Assembly: GCF_001194135.2 (NCBI RefSeq)
Contig: NC_068986.1
Span: 38,713,400-38,749,747 of the forward strand
Length of the DNA stretch: 36,348 nt
Direction: 5' to 3'
Source: Octopus bimaculoides
Lineage: Eukaryota
Shown here: one piece after another, positions 34,094-36,348 of the stretch
How the letters are laid out: each line of letters opens with the position of its first letter
Position numbering within the stretch: position 1 is the stretch's first letter
Translations under genes and position numbers: made by a program
The notes under the pieces: generated by a model
Database searches by the model: none
Told to the model about the DNA's origin: nothing
The model's input: the letters and a program-made list of their open reading frames with translations, nothing else

Positions 34094-34949
34094 TTGTGCA
34101 TACAAATTTAATTTGCGGTCCATGGGAAGAGCCGTTTTAGCGATGCGTCCTGCCCAGCTCTTCGAAACGCCGGTGTTAAAACGGGGGTAGCTGATGAAGA
34201 AGAATGTTCTCTATGTGGCTTGTGTGTTTTCTCGTCTACGTTTTGTTTGCAATGTCCTGTACCCAGATATGCACCTATACATACAGGTGGACGTCGGTAT
34301 GCACTTACCTGTACGTATATATGCATATACTCATTTACCATTTGTTTTTACATGACCGAACGCAGCGTCACCAATCTGTAAGTAGTTTTCGCAACTTTAT
34401 ATTTTCCGACGCTACTCTATCTCTTTCTCTTTCTCTTCCTCTTCAATTTTCCCCCTCTCATTCTTCCTCTGTTTACTACTATGTATCTCTCTTTACCCCT
34501 CTCATTCTTCCTATGTTACTACTACGTATCTCCTTTTCCCCCCTCGTACTTCCTTTCTTCCTCTTTTCCTCTCGTTGCTCACCTATTCTTCTACTTCCTC
34601 CCTTTGTTTCTCCCTCTACCACTCTCTCTCTCTTCCCCTTACACCGGCATGGTCACATGCTTCCGGTCAATAATCCTTTTCTTCCTTGGCTATCGCCGAG
34701 CAAACACGCGAACTTACTTCGTCCCCACTTTCAAGTTCGTGCCTCACAGCGTTCATACACATAATTTTTCCCGTCTGGCCATATAGCCTTTTCTGTTTGT
34801 TTTCCTGTCTTGTTTTTTGTCCACCACTACATTCCTCCATGGCAAGGTTTAATTTGTGTATACAAATTTAATTTGTGGTCCATGGGAAGAGCCGTTTTAG
34901 CGATACGTCCTGCCCAGCTCTTCGAAACGCCGGTGTTAAAACAGGGGTA
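34094..34949 (+). repeat. 760-bp head-to-tail unit with a structured ~100-bp head (34094-34206; repeated at 34854-34949)
   Basis: TACAAATTTAATTTG.GGTCCATGGGAAGAGCC...GTTAAAAC.GGGGTA at 34101 and 34861 (period exactly 760, no gap inside). Both outer ends abut gaps. Confidence 0.9.
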
Positions 34950-35323
34950 NNNNNNNNNNNNNNNNNNNNNNNNNNNNNNNNNNNNNNNNNNNNNNNNNNN
35001 NNNNNNNNNNNNNNNNNNNNNNNNNNNNNNNNNNNNNNNNNNNNNNNNNNNNNNNNNNNNNNNNNNNNNNNNNNNNNNNNNNNNNNNNNNNNNNNNNNNN
35101 NNNNNNNNNNNNNNNNNNNNNNNNNNNNNNNNNNNNNNNNNNNNNNNNNNNNNNNNNNNNNNNNNNNNNNNNNNNNNNNNNNNNNNNNNNNNNNNNNNNN
35201 NNNNNNNNNNNNNNNNNNNNNNNNNNNNNNNNNNNNNNNNNNNNNNNNNNNNNNNNNNNNNNNNNNNNNNNNNNNNNNNNNNNNNNNNNNNNNNNNNNNN
35301 NNNNNNNNNNNNNNNNNNNGCAC

Positions 35324-35695
35324 CTACACCTTAACCCTTTCATGGCGTCTGATGTGGCTTTTTAAACCAGACAGTGTTTTGAAAAAACACCCACACAGAT
35401 TGCACCTCTGATTTGCACTACCAATACCTGCAAGTAAGTTCTGCTCATTGTGGATCCTAACATGTCTTTTAAGACCCCCATTGGATTTGCAAACCCTCTG
35501 GCACACACCACATTCAAACGTGTGCACAGACATATAATCAGAATAGCTGGGTGAGGTTTGTTTTCCATGGGTTCGCAGGTGAGATTTGAGGCCAGCCAAG
35601 GACAGACATGGTCTGTCACAGACTGTGCACACAAAAAGGTCCTTGTTATTCACCTTCTCAGTCTTCACCTTTTTCCCCCTCTCATTCTTCTTCAT
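35324..35695 (-). CDS. Uninterrupted ORF with three C2H2 zinc fingers of LINE (RTE C-terminal) type; probably TE-derived
   Basis: Three exact C-x2-C-x12-H-x3-H motifs (CTVC..GLKSHLRTH, CGVC..GLKRHVRIH, CNLC..GLKSHIRRH). Linkers are 15-18 aa with no TGEKP. The ATG lies within the repeat at 35683-35778. Confidence 0.6.
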   Translation of the reverse strand: MKKNERGKKVKTEKVNNKDLFVCTVCDRPCLSLAGLKSHLRTHGKQTSPSYSDYMSVHTFECGVCQRVCKSNGGLKRHVRIHNEQNLLAGIGSANQRCNLCGCFFKTLSGLKSHIRRHERVKV

Positions 35696-35778
35696 CAGCT
35701 ACCCCCGTTTTAACACCAGCGTTTCGAAGAGCTGGGCAGGACGCATCGCTAAAACGGCTCTTCCCATGGACCGCAAAT
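35683..35778 (-). repeat. Third, inverted copy of the structured ~100-bp head
   Basis: Minus strand TTTGCGGTCCATGGGAAGAGCCGTTTTAGCGATGCGTCCTGCCCAGCTCTTCGAAACGCTGGTGTTAAAACGGGGGTAGCTGATGAAGAAGAATG, nearly identical to 34112-34206. Confidence 0.92.
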
Positions 35779-36266
35779 ATATATATATACATATTTGTTT
35801 TGCAAGATTTTTGAAGCTACACACATAATAGAAGAGAAACCTAGCCTGAATAGGAAACTAGAATGGAACACTAACACACACCACTAACAAACTACAAACC
35901 ACAGCATGTGACAACATGTTACCCATAAACCAATAATAATATGAACAAAGTATAATACAATACATAGATAAACAAATGGAATTAAATACTACATACGTTA
36001 ACAAAATTTAATTAAACACAAAAAGAAAACAAAAAAAAAACAAAAACACACACACATGAACAAATAAATAAATAAAAACAAATACAAACGAACACGTATT
36101 AACAGAGAATATAGGTGATACAGACACTCCCCATACACACATGCACTTACAAAAGACACAGACACATTGAAGGACACGCATGCGTAGACACATACAATAG
36201 GAATACAAAATACAAAATGGCTGATAGTTAGCAAGGTGAGACACACATAAGAAAGAAGGAAACAAA

Positions 36267-36311
36267 GGACCACTGATGAGGTCACAGAAGTGTGACGAAA
36301 GAACTCTGGCC
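36267..36311 (+). ncRNA. Candidate minimal type I hammerhead ribozyme
   Basis: GGACCA-CTGATGA-G.GTCACA-GAAG-TGTGAC-GAAA-G-AA-C-TC^TGGCC. Core, stem II and cleavage triplet are in the correct order. Stem I has one mismatch and stem III is only 2 bp. Confidence 0.5.
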
Positions 36312-36348
36312 GAAATAAGATTAAGATTAATGTAATATAAAGCTGAAG

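Noticed and set aside
34120-34190. HDV-like ribozyme interpretation of the pseudoknot
   Set aside because: P3/L3, P1.1 and the catalytic C in J4/2 could not be placed.
35324-35695. Member of the cephalopod Kruppel-type C2H2 gene expansion
   Set aside because: No TGEKP linkers, no upstream splice acceptor, and the finger signature is LINE-like. Kept as a TE-type ORF instead.

Overview
AT-rich, repeat-dense eukaryotic DNA with many N gaps next to (TA)n/(TG)n microsatellites. The SINE and LINE families resemble those of octopus/cephalopod genomes (inference; no search run). I find no confidently supported host protein-coding gene. Nearly every listed ORF is a microsatellite, gap or low-complexity artefact. 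Recognisable coding sequence is transposon-derived: RTE-clade LINE relics, a Jockey/CR1-type RT relic, a near full-length DD37D (maT) Tc1/mariner element, an internally deleted Merlin element with a 9-bp TSD, and an intact 3x C2H2 zinc-finger ORF of LINE type. There are also many tRNA-type SINEs, a non-autonomous Helitron, a DINE-1/HINE-like element and several MITEs. Most notable: a near-canonical minimal type I hammerhead ribozyme candidate (36267-36311); two related ~0.76-kb direct-repeat loci carrying permuted hammerhead-core words and, in one, a pseudoknot; a MITE with introner-like geometry (CAG|GT...AC|CAG); a GG-ended MITE carrying a perfect telomeric-repeat hairpin; and a recurrent 14-bp motif. 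Coordinates were read by eye; edges of degraded repeats are approximate.
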